64,000 bases of DNA from an uncultured delta proteobacterium (GTDB lineage: Bacteria > Myxococcota_A > Polyangia > Polyangiales > B10-G4), in NCBI GenBank assembly GCA_963727445.1, contig CAVSGI010000015.1, positions 192,001 to 256,000 on the forward strand, in the 5' to 3' direction. Below are positions 29,526-40,842 of the stretch, piece after piece (the stretch's first letter is position 1; every line of letters begins with the position of its first letter). Below the pieces are notes generated by a model. It was not told where the DNA came from, made no database searches, and saw only the letters and a list, made by a program, of their open reading frames with translations. The translations under genes and the position numbers were made by a program.

Positions 29526-31921
29526 GGTGGCGGTGGGATGTTGACGACGGCGGTCGGCATGTCGCGCGTCGCGGTGAAGCCATCACCGATCGTGCCGCCG
29601 ATACCACTCCCCCAGCAGAAGAGCTGGTTCGAGAGATCCAGCGCGCAGGAGTGAAAGCGGCCGGCATCCAACATGCGGTAGTCGTAGCCGATCTGGTAGG
29701 GCACCGTCATGTCCGTGGTCATGCCGTTGCCCACCTGCCTGGAGGAGTTGTCTCCCCAGCAATGGATCGTGTTGGCCGTGGTGTGCGCGCAGGTGTGCTG
29801 ATAACCGGCCGACACGTCGTCGAAGGTTATCCCCCCGGCCACCGAGGCGACCACCGGCGTACTGCTGGCCACGAGGGAGCCGTTGCCCAGCTGTCCGTGC
29901 ATGTTGTCCCCAAAGCACCGGACGTCGCCGGCCGTACGAACGGCGCACGTGTGAAAGGCACCAGCGCTCACGCCGATCGCGCCGGTCACCATGCTCGTCT
30001 GCGGCGTGGTGAAGTAGATGGTGGTGTTGCCGAGGCCCAGCTGGCCCTGGGCGTTGTGGCCCCAACACGCGACGGCGCCACCGGTGGTGACGATGCACGC
30101 GTGCTGGCGGCCTACCGACAGGTCCATGGCTCGGAGGCTGCCGAGGCTCACGTTGACCGGGGTGTTGCTGGATGCGGTGGTGCCGTTGCCGAGCTGACCG
30201 AAACCGTTGTTGCCCCAGCACTGGACGAGGCCGGCCGAGGTGCGGCCACAGGAGAAGTTGTCCCCCGCGCCCACCTGCACCATGCGAGCCCCGCTCGGGC
30301 CGGTGCCCATGACGTGGACCGGCATGTTGGTCATCCCCGACGCGGTGCCGTCGCCGAGCTTTCCATCGGTGCCGTCACCCCAACACCAGGCCGAGTTGTC
30401 CCCACGCACCGCGCAGGTGTGCGCGCGGCCCGACGACACGTCCGTGACCATGCCGATCATCACGCGGGTAGGACGCGGCCTCTGAGTGTAGGTGCCGTCA
30501 CCGATCTGCCCGTTCGCGTTCGCACCCCAACAAACCAGGTTGCCATTCGACTGAATCGCGCAACTTCCGCCGCCCGCGTCAACCCGCGTCGCCTCGTTGC
30601 ACGTGCCCATGGCGCACTCGAGGTTGCAGGTATTGCCGCAGGAGCCGCAGTCGAGCAGGCTCATCATCAGCGGCGTCTCGCAACCGTTCGACAGATCCCC
30701 GTCGCAGTTGTCGAAGCCGACGTTGCAGCCCGCGATGGTGCACATGCCGCTCGTGCACCCCGGCATGCCGTTCATGACCGTGCACGTTCGGGTGCACGAC
30801 CCGCAGCTCACCGGGCGGGTGATGTCCACCTCGCAGCCCGTCGTCGGATCGCCGTCGCAGTCCGCGAAGCCGGCGTTGCAGCGGATCCCGCAGCTGCCAC
30901 CCGAACAGGTGCGGCTCGACATCGGTCCGCCGGGGCAGACGTTGCCGCAGGAGCCGCAGTTGTCGAGGTGCGTGTTCACGTCGACGCAGGCGCCGGAGCA
31001 GAGCATGTCTGTGGAGGTCGCGCAGCCGGTGTCGCAGGTGCCGCCGGAGCATACCGGCGCGTCCATCGGGCAGACCGCACCGCAGCCTCCACAGGTCGCC
31101 GGCGACGTCGAATCCGCCTCACAACCGTTCGAGCGGTCTCCGTCGCAGTCGTCGTAGCCCATGTCGCAGGCAGCGAGGACGCAGGACCCGGTATCGCAAA
31201 CGGCGATGCCGTTGGGAAAGTCGCAGACGTTACCGCAGGTGCCGCAGCTCGCTGGCGAGCTCAAGTCGGCCTCGCAACCGTTCGACGGGTCCCCGTCGCA
31301 GTCGCCGCGGCCCATATCACAATCGGACCCACAGACGCCGCCGGAGCAGCTGGGCGTCGAGCCCATCGGGTCGGGGCAGGCGTTACGGCACATCCCGCAG
31401 TGGTTGATGCTGGTGCTCACGTCGACACACGAGCCGTCACATTCCGTCAGGCCGGCGCTGCAGCTGGAAACGCAATCTCCGCCGTCGCAGAGGAGCCCGG
31501 TGTCGCATGCGTTGCCACAGCTGCCGCAGCTCTCGGGCCGGGTGAGGTCGGCCTCGCAGCCGTTGGACGCGTCCCCGTCACAGTCGCCGAAGTCGGCGTC
31601 ACAGGTGACGCCGCAGGCGCCGGAGGTGCACGCCGCGGTTCCGTGTGAAGGGTCGGCGCAAGTGTTTTCGCAGCGGCCGCAGTTGGCCGGATCGGTGTCG
31701 AGGTCGAAGTCCTCGTCCACCATGCCGTCGCAATCGTCGTCGGCGCCGTTGCAGGTCTCGGCCGTCGCGCCGCAGTCGCCGCCGCCGTCACCGGCGCTGG
31801 CGTCGGCGTCGATGCTCGCGTCGCCGGCCGCGTGATAGCGGCCGAAATCGGTGACCGCCGAGCAGCCGGCGAGCCAGACCACCGCCAGAGCCAATGTCCA
31901 AGGACTCGTCGTGTTGAGCAT
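29522..31921 (-). CDS. Lipoprotein with Cys-rich repeats and RCC1-like beta-propeller
   Basis: LAG-C lipobox; ETCNGADDDCDG and DCDGD.SNGCE repeats; CWG.N..GQLG.G and G..HTCA RCC1 repeats. Confidence 0.88.
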   Translation of the reverse strand: MLNTTSPWTLALAVVWLAGCSAVTDFGRYHAAGDASIDADASAGDGGGDCGATAETCNGADDDCDGMVDEDFDLDTDPANCGRCENTCADPSHGTAACTSGACGVTCDADFGDCDGDASNGCEADLTRPESCGSCGNACDTGLLCDGGDCVSSCSAGLTECDGSCVDVSTSINHCGMCRNACPDPMGSTPSCSGGVCGSDCDMGRGDCDGDPSNGCEADLSSPASCGTCGNVCDFPNGIAVCDTGSCVLAACDMGYDDCDGDRSNGCEADSTSPATCGGCGAVCPMDAPVCSGGTCDTGCATSTDMLCSGACVDVNTHLDNCGSCGNVCPGGPMSSRTCSGGSCGIRCNAGFADCDGDPTTGCEVDITRPVSCGSCTRTCTVMNGMPGCTSGMCTIAGCNVGFDNCDGDLSNGCETPLMMSLLDCGSCGNTCNLECAMGTCNEATRVDAGGGSCAIQSNGNLVCWGANANGQIGDGTYTQRPRPTRVMIGMVTDVSSGRAHTCAVRGDNSAWCWGDGTDGKLGDGTASGMTNMPVHVMGTGPSGARMVQVGAGDNFSCGRTSAGLVQCWGNNGFGQLGNGTTASSNTPVNVSLGSLRAMDLSVGRQHACIVTTGGAVACWGHNAQGQLGLGNTTIYFTTPQTSMVTGAIGVSAGAFHTCAVRTAGDVRCFGDNMHGQLGNGSLVASSTPVVASVAGGITFDDVSAGYQHTCAHTTANTIHCWGDNSSRQVGNGMTTDMTVPYQIGYDYRMLDAGRFHSCALDLSNQLFCWGSGIGGTIGDGFTATRDMPTAVVNIPPPP

Positions 31922-32035
31922 CTCCCCTTCCCGCGAAGCTAGGTGGCGCCATCCTACCCCGATTCCTCGGGATTAACGAACTGTGACAATCCCCGGATGG
32001 GGCCGCGAACTTCCGGACCTACGTTCAGGCGGATC

Positions 32036-32848
32036 ATGATCTGGGCAATCCTCGCGTTCTTCGTCGGCCATTGGGTGCTCTCCGTCTTCTTCCAGACGTT
32101 CTTTCTGCACCGATACGGCGCTCACCGGATGTTCACCATGTCGAAGGGCTGGGAGCGCGCCTTCCACTTCATGACCTTCCTCTTCCAGGGTGCCTCCTAC
32201 CTGAACCCCCGGGCCTACGCGATCCTCCATCGCGAGCATCACGCTTACAGCGACACGGAGAAGGACCCCCACTCCCCCCACACCTATCCCAACTTCTTCC
32301 AGATGATGTGGGCGACCAAGACGCGCTACAACGGGCTGCTCACGCGGACGCTCGAGCCCGAGGCGCGCTTCGAGGGTGGCTACCCCGAGTGGCGTTTCAT
32401 CGACTGGCTCGGCGACACCTGGACGTGTCGCATCGGCTTCGGCGCGCTCTACACCCTCTTCTACATCGCCTTCGCACCGCACTGGGCGCTGTTCCTGCTC
32501 CTGCCGATCCACTACTTCATGGGCCCGATCCACGGGGCCATCGTGAACTGGGGCGGGCACAAGTACGGCTACCGGAACTACGACAACGACGACGAGTCGG
32601 TGAACTCTCTGCCTTTCGACTTCCTGACCGGCGGTGAGCTCTTCCAGAACAACCATCACCGCTTCGGCATGGCGCCGAACTTCGCGGTGCGGTGGTTCGA
32701 GGTCGACCCGAGCTATCAGGTGATGCGCGCGCTCTCGTGGCTCGGGATCATCGACCTCGGCGCGCGACCTCAGAAGATGCGCTGGTCGAAGAAGGCCGAG
32801 GCGGCGCCCTCGCTGCCGCCGATGCCCGCGTTGAACGACGCCGAGTGA
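32036..32848 (+). CDS. Acyl-CoA (delta-9-type) fatty acid desaturase
   Basis: His boxes HRYGAH, HREHH, NNHH; SDTEKDPHSP; GE.FQNNHH. Confidence 0.92.
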   Translation: MIWAILAFFVGHWVLSVFFQTFFLHRYGAHRMFTMSKGWERAFHFMTFLFQGASYLNPRAYAILHREHHAYSDTEKDPHSPHTYPNFFQMMWATKTRYNGLLTRTLEPEARFEGGYPEWRFIDWLGDTWTCRIGFGALYTLFYIAFAPHWALFLLLPIHYFMGPIHGAIVNWGGHKYGYRNYDNDDESVNSLPFDFLTGGELFQNNHHRFGMAPNFAVRWFEVDPSYQVMRALSWLGIIDLGARPQKMRWSKKAEAAPSLPPMPALNDAE

Positions 32849-32853
32849 AGACG

Positions 32854-32885
32854 AAAGAGGCCGCCCCCGAAGGAGCGGCCTCTTC
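32854..32885. terminator. Bidirectional terminator-like hairpin between convergent genes
   Basis: AAAGAGGCCGC-CCCCGAAGGA-GCGGCCTCTT immediately after the desaturase stop. Confidence 0.75.
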
Positions 32886-32906
32886 GCACGATCGTACGCG
32901 CCGTCT

Positions 32907-33344
32907 TCAGACGGGCAGGCGGACGGGCAGCTTGCGTAGAAGCGCGCGCGCCTTGTCGGTCCCTGCGACCGCGAAGGCGGCAGCCGGGCATGCGACGTAG
33001 CAGAAGATGATGTCGAAGAGCGTGGTGTGATACTCGATGAAGCCGTAGCCCTCGGGCGCGCCGACGATGAGCTTCGCGCCGAGCACGGCGAAGAGTGAGG
33101 ACGCAGCAGCGATCGCGCCGACGACGAGGTTGCGGCCCCCGCCGAGCTTCGCGGCAGCCGCGCCGCTCGCGAAGCCGATCAGGCAGGCGACGTAACTGAA
33201 CTCGCCGACGAAGCGACCGACGACGCCGTAGACGAGGCCGAGCGCGAGCGCACCACCGACCGCACCCGCGATCGCCATCGGCATCTTCACCTCACCGCTC
33301 TGCTCCGTGTCCTGCACACTGAAGTGACCCATGTTCATGTTCAT
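32907..33344 (-). CDS. Small 4-TM membrane protein
   Basis: RBS GGAGAG before MNMNMG; four hydrophobic helices. Confidence 0.7.
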   Translation of the reverse strand: MNMNMGHFSVQDTEQSGEVKMPMAIAGAVGGALALGLVYGVVGRFVGEFSYVACLIGFASGAAAAKLGGGRNLVVGAIAAASSLFAVLGAKLIVGAPEGYGFIEYHTTLFDIIFCYVACPAAAFAVAGTDKARALLRKLPVRLPV

Positions 33345-33405
33345 TCGTTTCTCTCCCGTCTTTCCGTGAAGCCGCTCCATCGCGGCGGGACGGGTGAGAG
33401 CCATG

Positions 33406-33420
33406 GCAAGCACGGGGCCA
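33406..33420 (-). promoter_or_regulatory. Candidate sigma54 -24/-12 promoter
   Basis: Minus strand TGGCCCCGTGCTTGC (GG-N10-GC with TTGC), about 60 bp upstream of the ATG at 33344. Confidence 0.5.
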
Positions 33421-33613
33421 GCCAGCGCACGCCACCGCGACGGACGGTTGATCGCGCACGATCTCGGTCAGTTGGAACCTCTGACCAACGTCTCGCGGCG
33501 GTGCGACAGGACGAGCAACAGTTGCGCGATGGCGCAACCCGCGGCTCGTGGGTGCGTGTGCGCCGCGGACGCCCCCCCCATTCACCGCCACCCAGCACGC
33601 AGTGGGGGTAAGT

Positions 33614-34024
33614 GTGCTTCGCTGCGCTCGCGTAGTTTGAGGATGGGTGGTTGCGTGCGCGCGGCTCGCTCCGCTCGACGCGCTTGCGGGGTCGCTGAGG
33701 CGCCGGCCGGAAAGGTTTAATTGTAGTCGGGGCTCCGCCCCAACACCCCGGGGGGACAAGCCCCCCTGTCGCTCGCGCTTCGCGCTCGCTCTCACGTCTG
33801 CCCGCCCGATGTGAAATAGACGAATGAGATGGGCTCGACGGCAATGGACTGGTGGTCTACGGGCAGCGTTCGGCCCCCCCCTCGGCGCCTGCGGCGCCGG
33901 GTCGCGGCCTGCGGCCGCTCGGGGTCGAGCACAGCGAGCCGCTGCACACCGCTCGGGGTCGAGCACAGCGAGCCGCTGCACGCGCAATCACCCATCTTCA
34001 AAGGGCGCTCGCGCAGCGAAGCAC
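33614..34024. repeat. Non-coding element of about 410 bp with ~66-bp imperfect terminal inverted repeats and a hairpin-rich core
   Basis: 33614-33679 is complementary to 33958-34024. There is an internal 33-bp direct duplication (33915/33949), and the core hairpins are related to the 211-bp unit. Confidence 0.85.
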
Positions 34025-34049
34025 GCCGACTGCGGGGCGAAGGAGAACG

Positions 34050-35913
<1,864 letters not shown>

Positions 35914-35960
35914 CGCGGCGCGACGCTAACCCCGTTGCGCCACCGTGTCGAGACCGGGCC

Positions 35961-37736
35961 TCAGTCGGTCGTGACGTCGAGATAGATGATCCCGAGAGAG
36001 GGCGCTCGGTCCGTCGCCACCTCACGAATCACGGACGCGGCACACGGGGCGACGGGGGAGTCGTCCGTGACGTCGGGCCGCACCTGCATCAGTCCGCCTC
36101 CGGATCCGTACTGGAGCGTGATCGCGTGTGTACCACCCCCGAGGCGCGCGCACCTTCCCATCCGCGCTTGTGCACGTCGCGCGAGGGCACGACCAAAGTC
36201 GTCGGAGAAGCTCTGTGTGAGCGGCCGATAGGTCACACGCGCTCCCCCTCCCGTTCCCGTCTCCGTTCCCGTTCCCGTTCCCGTTCCCGTTCCCGTCTCC
36301 GTTCCCGTTCCCGTCTCCGTTCCCGTTCCCGTTCCCGTTCCCGTTCCCGTTCCCGTTCCCGCAACCGTTCCCGTTCCCGTTCCCGCAACCGTTCCCGTTC
36401 CCGCAACCGTTCCCGTTCCCGCAACCGCTCCCGCTCCCGCATTCGGCGTGGACGCAGTCGGCAGAGGCCCCTCTCCTTGGATATCCGGCCGTGGCCCTTC
36501 ACCCCCGGGGGGTTCGTCCGCCTGGTCCGCAGGAACCGTTGGGCTCGGATTGACAGGGGCAACCGGCGGCACCGCCTGGACCTCCGACACTTCTGCGCCA
36601 CCGTCGAGCACGAAGTAAACCGCGACACCGGCGAGGGCGGCCCCGCCGAGGCCGCCGATCACGAGGGCGATGAGACCCCACATTCCGAGGCCCGAGGAAG
36701 CTCGTTGGGGGGCGGCCAGGGGCGCGGCGGAGACCGCAGACACTCCATGCGGCGGATGGACCGAGGGTGCGGGCGCGGGCGGCGTCACCAGCTGCGCCGA
36801 TGGCAGCGACGGTGTGAAGGGCGCGGGCGCGGGCCGCGCGCTGTCGATGGTTGCCCGCGCCGCGCTGCCCAGGCGCAGCACCTCGAGGGTGCTCGCGGTG
36901 CTCAGGGTCTTCAGCGCCGCGATCTGCTCAGCCGCGTCTCGGAAACGGCCGTCGGGATCTCTGCTGAGGCCGCGCTCGATCACGTGCTTGAGGCCAGCGG
37001 GAAGCCAGGGCGCCGCGTCGGTGAGCGGCACCGGGGGTCGAGTGCTCACGCGCACCACCAGCTCCTCGTAGGTGCTCGAGGGGAAGGGCATCTGGGCCGA
37101 GAGCATCTCGTAGAGGATCACGCTCACGCTGAAGAGATCCGCGCGCCCGTCGACGTCCTTGGCGCCGCCGAACTGCTCCGGCGCCATGTAGCTCGGCGTC
37201 CCCAGCGTCATCCCGGTCTTGGTGAGGGACGGCGCGCCCGCGGTCGGCATGAACTTGCTCACGCCGAAGTCGAGGAGCTTGACCCGCGGGCTCTCGGTCC
37301 CCGGCGTTCCAGCCAACAGGATGTTGGCCGGCTTCAGATCGCGGTGGACGATGCCCGCGCGATGCGCCGCGTCGAGGGCGTCGAGGATCTGCACCGCGAT
37401 GTCGAGCGCCACGTCGCCGCGCAGGGGCGCTTCGCGCTCGAGGCGCGACTCGAGGGTCTCGCCCTCGAGGAGCTCCATCGCCAGAAAGGCACGCCCGTCC
37501 GCGGTGCGACCCGCGTCGAGGACCTCGACGATGTGCCGATTGCCGATGGCGGCCGCCGCCCGCGCCTCGAGGAGAAAGCGCTCGAGCACCTGGGGCGAGG
37601 AGATGTGCTCCGGCCTCAGGACCTTGAGCGCCACCGGCCTTCCCGTGACGGTATGAACCGCGCGATAGACGTCGCCGAAGCCGCCCTCTCCGAGCGTGGC
37701 TTCGACGCGGTATCGATCGATCTCCTCACCGGTCAC
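35961..37736 (-). CDS. Transmembrane Ser/Thr protein kinase
   Basis: [34 protein letters not shown]; extracytoplasmic (GT)n linker. Confidence 0.93.
   Translation of the reverse strand: MTGEEIDRYRVEATLGEGGFGDVYRAVHTVTGRPVALKVLRPEHISSPQVLERFLLEARAAAAIGNRHIVEVLDAGRTADGRAFLAMELLEGETLESRLEREAPLRGDVALDIAVQILDALDAAHRAGIVHRDLKPANILLAGTPGTESPRVKLLDFGVSKFMPTAGAPSLTKTGMTLGTPSYMAPEQFGGAKDVDGRADLFSVSVILYEMLSAQMPFPSSTYEELVVRVSTRPPVPLTDAAPWLPAGLKHVIERGLSRDPDGRFRDAAEQIAALKTLSTASTLEVLRLGSAARATIDSARPAPAPFTPSLPSAQLVTPPAPAPSVHPPHGVSAVSAAPLAAPQRASSGLGMWGLIALVIGGLGGAALAGVAVYFVLDGGAEVSEVQAVPPVAPVNPSPTVPADQADEPPGGEGPRPDIQGEGPLPTASTPNAGAGAVAGTGTVAGTGTVAGTGTGTVAGTGTGTGTGTGTGTETGTGTETGTGTGTGTGTETGTGGGARVTYRPLTQSFSDDFGRALARRAQARMGRCARLGGGTHAITLQYGSGGGLMQVRPDVTDDSPVAPCAASVIREVATDRAPSLGIIYLDVTTD
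36250..36440. repeat. (CCGTTC)n hexamer microsatellite encoding a Gly-Thr linker
   Basis: About 30 imperfect hexamers inside the kinase gene. Confidence 0.9.
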
Positions 37737-37811
37737 GGCGAGATTCTTTCACAATCCGCCTGCGGCTGCCCCATGAGGCGTGATTGACAGGCCCGCCCGC
37801 GGGCGAACACG

Positions 37812-39605
37812 ATGGCCCCGTCCGTGACGAAGATCGAGGAAAAGACCACCCTGAACCAGGAGCTCCTGCCGGACGATGACGGCGAGGCGCAAGCAGCCCT
37901 GGTCGTCTACTACCGCGACGGCGTGAAGGTGGTCTCGCTGAGGGAGGGGATCCCGACGGTCGTGGGCCGCGCGCACCCCTCCGACGTCGTCATCCCGGAC
38001 CTCGGCCTGAGCCGTCGCCACGCCGAGTTCACGTGGCAAACCGACGGCGTGTACGTCGAGGATCTCGACTCGACCAACGGCACCAAGCTCGGCGGCGAGG
38101 AGATCACCACCGCCCGCATCATGCCGGGCGACACCGTGCAGCTCGGCGGCGCGGTGACCGCCTCGATCAACATGCAGTCCGGCGCCGCGCACCTCCGGGG
38201 CATCGACAGCAACGAAGGTTTTCGCCGCCGCCTCCAGGAAGAGGTCACGCGCGCCAAGTCCTTCCGCCGCAAGCTGAGCCTCTTGATGATCCGGGCGCTC
38301 TCCCTGGACGAGGGACATGTCGCGCGGTGGGCTCCGCGGATCCGCGCCGAGCTCCGCGACGTCGATCGCATGACGCTCTACGGCCAGCAGTCGGCGCTGG
38401 TGCTCCTGCCGGAGATGAGCCAGGACGAGGCCTCGCTGATCGCCAAGCAGCTCGTCGCCACCGAACGCCTGGGCGAGCCGCCCCTGGTCTGCGGCGTCGC
38501 GTCCTTCCCGGAGCGCGCCACCGGCGATGCGCTGGTCGACGCCGCGCGACAGGCTGCCCGCAAGGCCAAGCCTTCCCATCGCGTTCACGTCGCCAGCGCC
38601 GAGGACGACGAGGAGGTGCGTCGCGAGCGGAGCGTCGTCATCGCCAGCCAGAAGATGCGCGAGGTCTACGACCTGGTGCGCAAGGTCGCGGCCTCCACCA
38701 TACCCGTGTTGGTCCAGGGCGAGACGGGGACCGGCAAGGAAGTCATCGCCAGCGCGATTCACAACGCGTCGTCACGACGCAACGGGCCGATGCGCAGCAT
38801 CAACTGCGGCGCCATCCCGGCGACCCTGATCGAGAGCGTGCTCTTCGGCCACGAAAAAGGCGCCTTCACCGGCGCCGAGCGGACCGCTCCGGGCCTCTTC
38901 GAGCAGGCCGACGGCGGCACCGTCCTCTTGGACGAGGTGGGCGAGCTCTCGCAGCAGGCGCAGGCGGCGCTGTTGCGCGTCCTCGAGACCAAGCGCGTCC
39001 TGCGCGTGGGCGGCACCGAGGAGCGCGAGGTCGACGTGCGGGTCGTCGCCGCCACCCATCGCGATCTCGAAGCGATGACCAAGGACGGCACCTTCCGTCT
39101 CGACCTGCTCTACCGACTCAACACGATGCAGATTCGGGTGCCGCCGCTCCGCGAGCGGCCCGAGGAGATCGAGGCCCTCGCCGAGCTCTTCCTGCAGGAG
39201 GCGAACAGGGCTTCGGGCACCACGGTCACCGGCATCGACGACGACGCGCGGCGGCTGCTGCGGACCTACGAGTGGCCCGGCAACGTGCGCGAGCTCCGCA
39301 ACGTGATCGAGCGCGCGGTGATCGTCTCCCAAGGCGACGAGATCACCGCCGAGGACCTGGGCGAGCGCCTTCGCGGACCCGCGGTGGTGGTTCCCTCGCC
39401 CACGGACATGCCCCCGCCCGGCGAGCCCACCGACGCCGAGATGCCGTTCAAGGACCGCATTCGCGAATACGAGACGGCGCTGATCCTCGACGCGCTGAGG
39501 CGCGCCGAGGGCAATCAGACGGCCGCGGCGAAGCTCCTCAAGATGCCGCTCCGCACCCTGGTCCACAAGATCAAGACCTACGGCATCAAGAAGATGTACG
39601 AGTAG
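37812..39605 (+). CDS. FHA - degenerate GGDEF - sigma54 AAA+ - HTH enhancer-binding protein
   Basis: FHA VGR..LSRRHA..DLDSTNGT; GETGTGKE, GAFTGA, LLDEVGE, WPGNVRELRN; Fis-type HTH GNQTAAAKLL. Confidence 0.93.
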   Translation: MAPSVTKIEEKTTLNQELLPDDDGEAQAALVVYYRDGVKVVSLREGIPTVVGRAHPSDVVIPDLGLSRRHAEFTWQTDGVYVEDLDSTNGTKLGGEEITTARIMPGDTVQLGGAVTASINMQSGAAHLRGIDSNEGFRRRLQEEVTRAKSFRRKLSLLMIRALSLDEGHVARWAPRIRAELRDVDRMTLYGQQSALVLLPEMSQDEASLIAKQLVATERLGEPPLVCGVASFPERATGDALVDAARQAARKAKPSHRVHVASAEDDEEVRRERSVVIASQKMREVYDLVRKVAASTIPVLVQGETGTGKEVIASAIHNASSRRNGPMRSINCGAIPATLIESVLFGHEKGAFTGAERTAPGLFEQADGGTVLLDEVGELSQQAQAALLRVLETKRVLRVGGTEEREVDVRVVAATHRDLEAMTKDGTFRLDLLYRLNTMQIRVPPLRERPEEIEALAELFLQEANRASGTTVTGIDDDARRLLRTYEWPGNVRELRNVIERAVIVSQGDEITAEDLGERLRGPAVVVPSPTDMPPPGEPTDAEMPFKDRIREYETALILDALRRAEGNQTAAAKLLKMPLRTLVHKIKTYGIKKMYE

Positions 39606-40842
39606 GGCCGGGGCCCAGCGCTTCGATGGGGAGGCTCGGCGCGAACACGCCGCGCTTCACGCCGGCCATGGTGCGCACCATCAGCGCCCGCAGGATCGGC
39701 AGGTGACAGGCGGTGCCCATGAAAGTGTCACGTAGCGAGGCGAGGCTCTCGTAGTCGGACTGGAAGAAGGGCGTCAGCCACCGGGTGGCGAATTGGTAGA
39801 ACGACAGGTGCGGGCGGCGCAGGCGCTCGTAGAGCTCGAGCGCCGCGTCGACGCTCTCGCTCGCTTCCACGCAATCGGCGAGCACCATCGCGTCGTAGAG
39901 CGCGAGGTTCGCGCCCTGCCCCAGCTGGGGGCTCATCGCGTGCGCGGCGTCGCCGACGAAGACCACGCGACCCTGATGAAAGCGACGCAGTGTGACGTCG
40001 TGATAACGGGCCAGGAGGAGCTGATCGAAGTCGTCGATCTGATCGAGGACGCTTTCGGCGCGGGGAACGCGCCTGAGCACCGATGACTCGAAGGCCTTCA
40101 GGCCCTCGCGGCGAAGCTGGGCGTCGCGCGATACGCGAACGCTGTAGAAGAAGCTGACCTTCGAGCGATCCGGAACGCCGTGCTCCGCCGGCCCGAGCCC
40201 GGTCGGCAGGAGCCCGATCATCACGCCGGTGCCGTCGACGACCTGGTAGAGCCGATCCTGGAACTCGCCTTTCGCGTCGTCGGCGACGAACCAGAGCGCG
40301 CCCCAGGGATAGGGGCGATCGCGCGCGACCACCGTGACATCGTCCCGAAGCTGAGAGCGCGCGCCGTCCGCCACCACCACCAGGTCGTGCGGTCCGAAGC
40401 GCCGTCCGCCGGCGGTCATCGGGCGCGGGCGCCCACGGCGTTCGCGATCGAAGCTCTCGATCTTCACACCGCAGCGCACCTCGGCGCCGGCGCGCTTCGC
40501 CTCCTCGAAGAGCGCGCGAAAGAGAACGCCCCGGTGCATTCCGAGCCCGAAGAGATCCGGATGGACGTCGGCGTAGGCGATGTCGACGACCGGACGGCCC
40601 TCGGTCGTCTCGCAGCGGAGCGAGGCGAGGCGCGCACCGCGCGCGTGGACGCGGTCGAAGAGCCCCAGGCGCGAGAGGACCAGCATCCCCGTCGGCTGCA
40701 CGATGATGCCTGCGCCAATCGCCGTGGGCTCGGCCACCGCTTCGTAGACCGTGACCTCGTGCCCGGCGCGCGCAAGGAAGATCGCCGCGGCGCCCCCCGC
40801 GGTCCCACAGCCGATGATCCCGATCGATAGTGGCCGCTTCAT
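39586..40842 (-). CDS. FAD-dependent monooxygenase/oxidoreductase
   Basis: IIGCGTAG, VVADGARS, VGDAAHAMSPQLGQGANLAL.D. Confidence 0.9.
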   Translation of the reverse strand: MKRPLSIGIIGCGTAGGAAAIFLARAGHEVTVYEAVAEPTAIGAGIIVQPTGMLVLSRLGLFDRVHARGARLASLRCETTEGRPVVDIAYADVHPDLFGLGMHRGVLFRALFEEAKRAGAEVRCGVKIESFDRERRGRPRPMTAGGRRFGPHDLVVVADGARSQLRDDVTVVARDRPYPWGALWFVADDAKGEFQDRLYQVVDGTGVMIGLLPTGLGPAEHGVPDRSKVSFFYSVRVSRDAQLRREGLKAFESSVLRRVPRAESVLDQIDDFDQLLLARYHDVTLRRFHQGRVVFVGDAAHAMSPQLGQGANLALYDAMVLADCVEASESVDAALELYERLRRPHLSFYQFATRWLTPFFQSDYESLASLRDTFMGTACHLPILRALMVRTMAGVKRGVFAPSLPIEALGPGPTRTSS

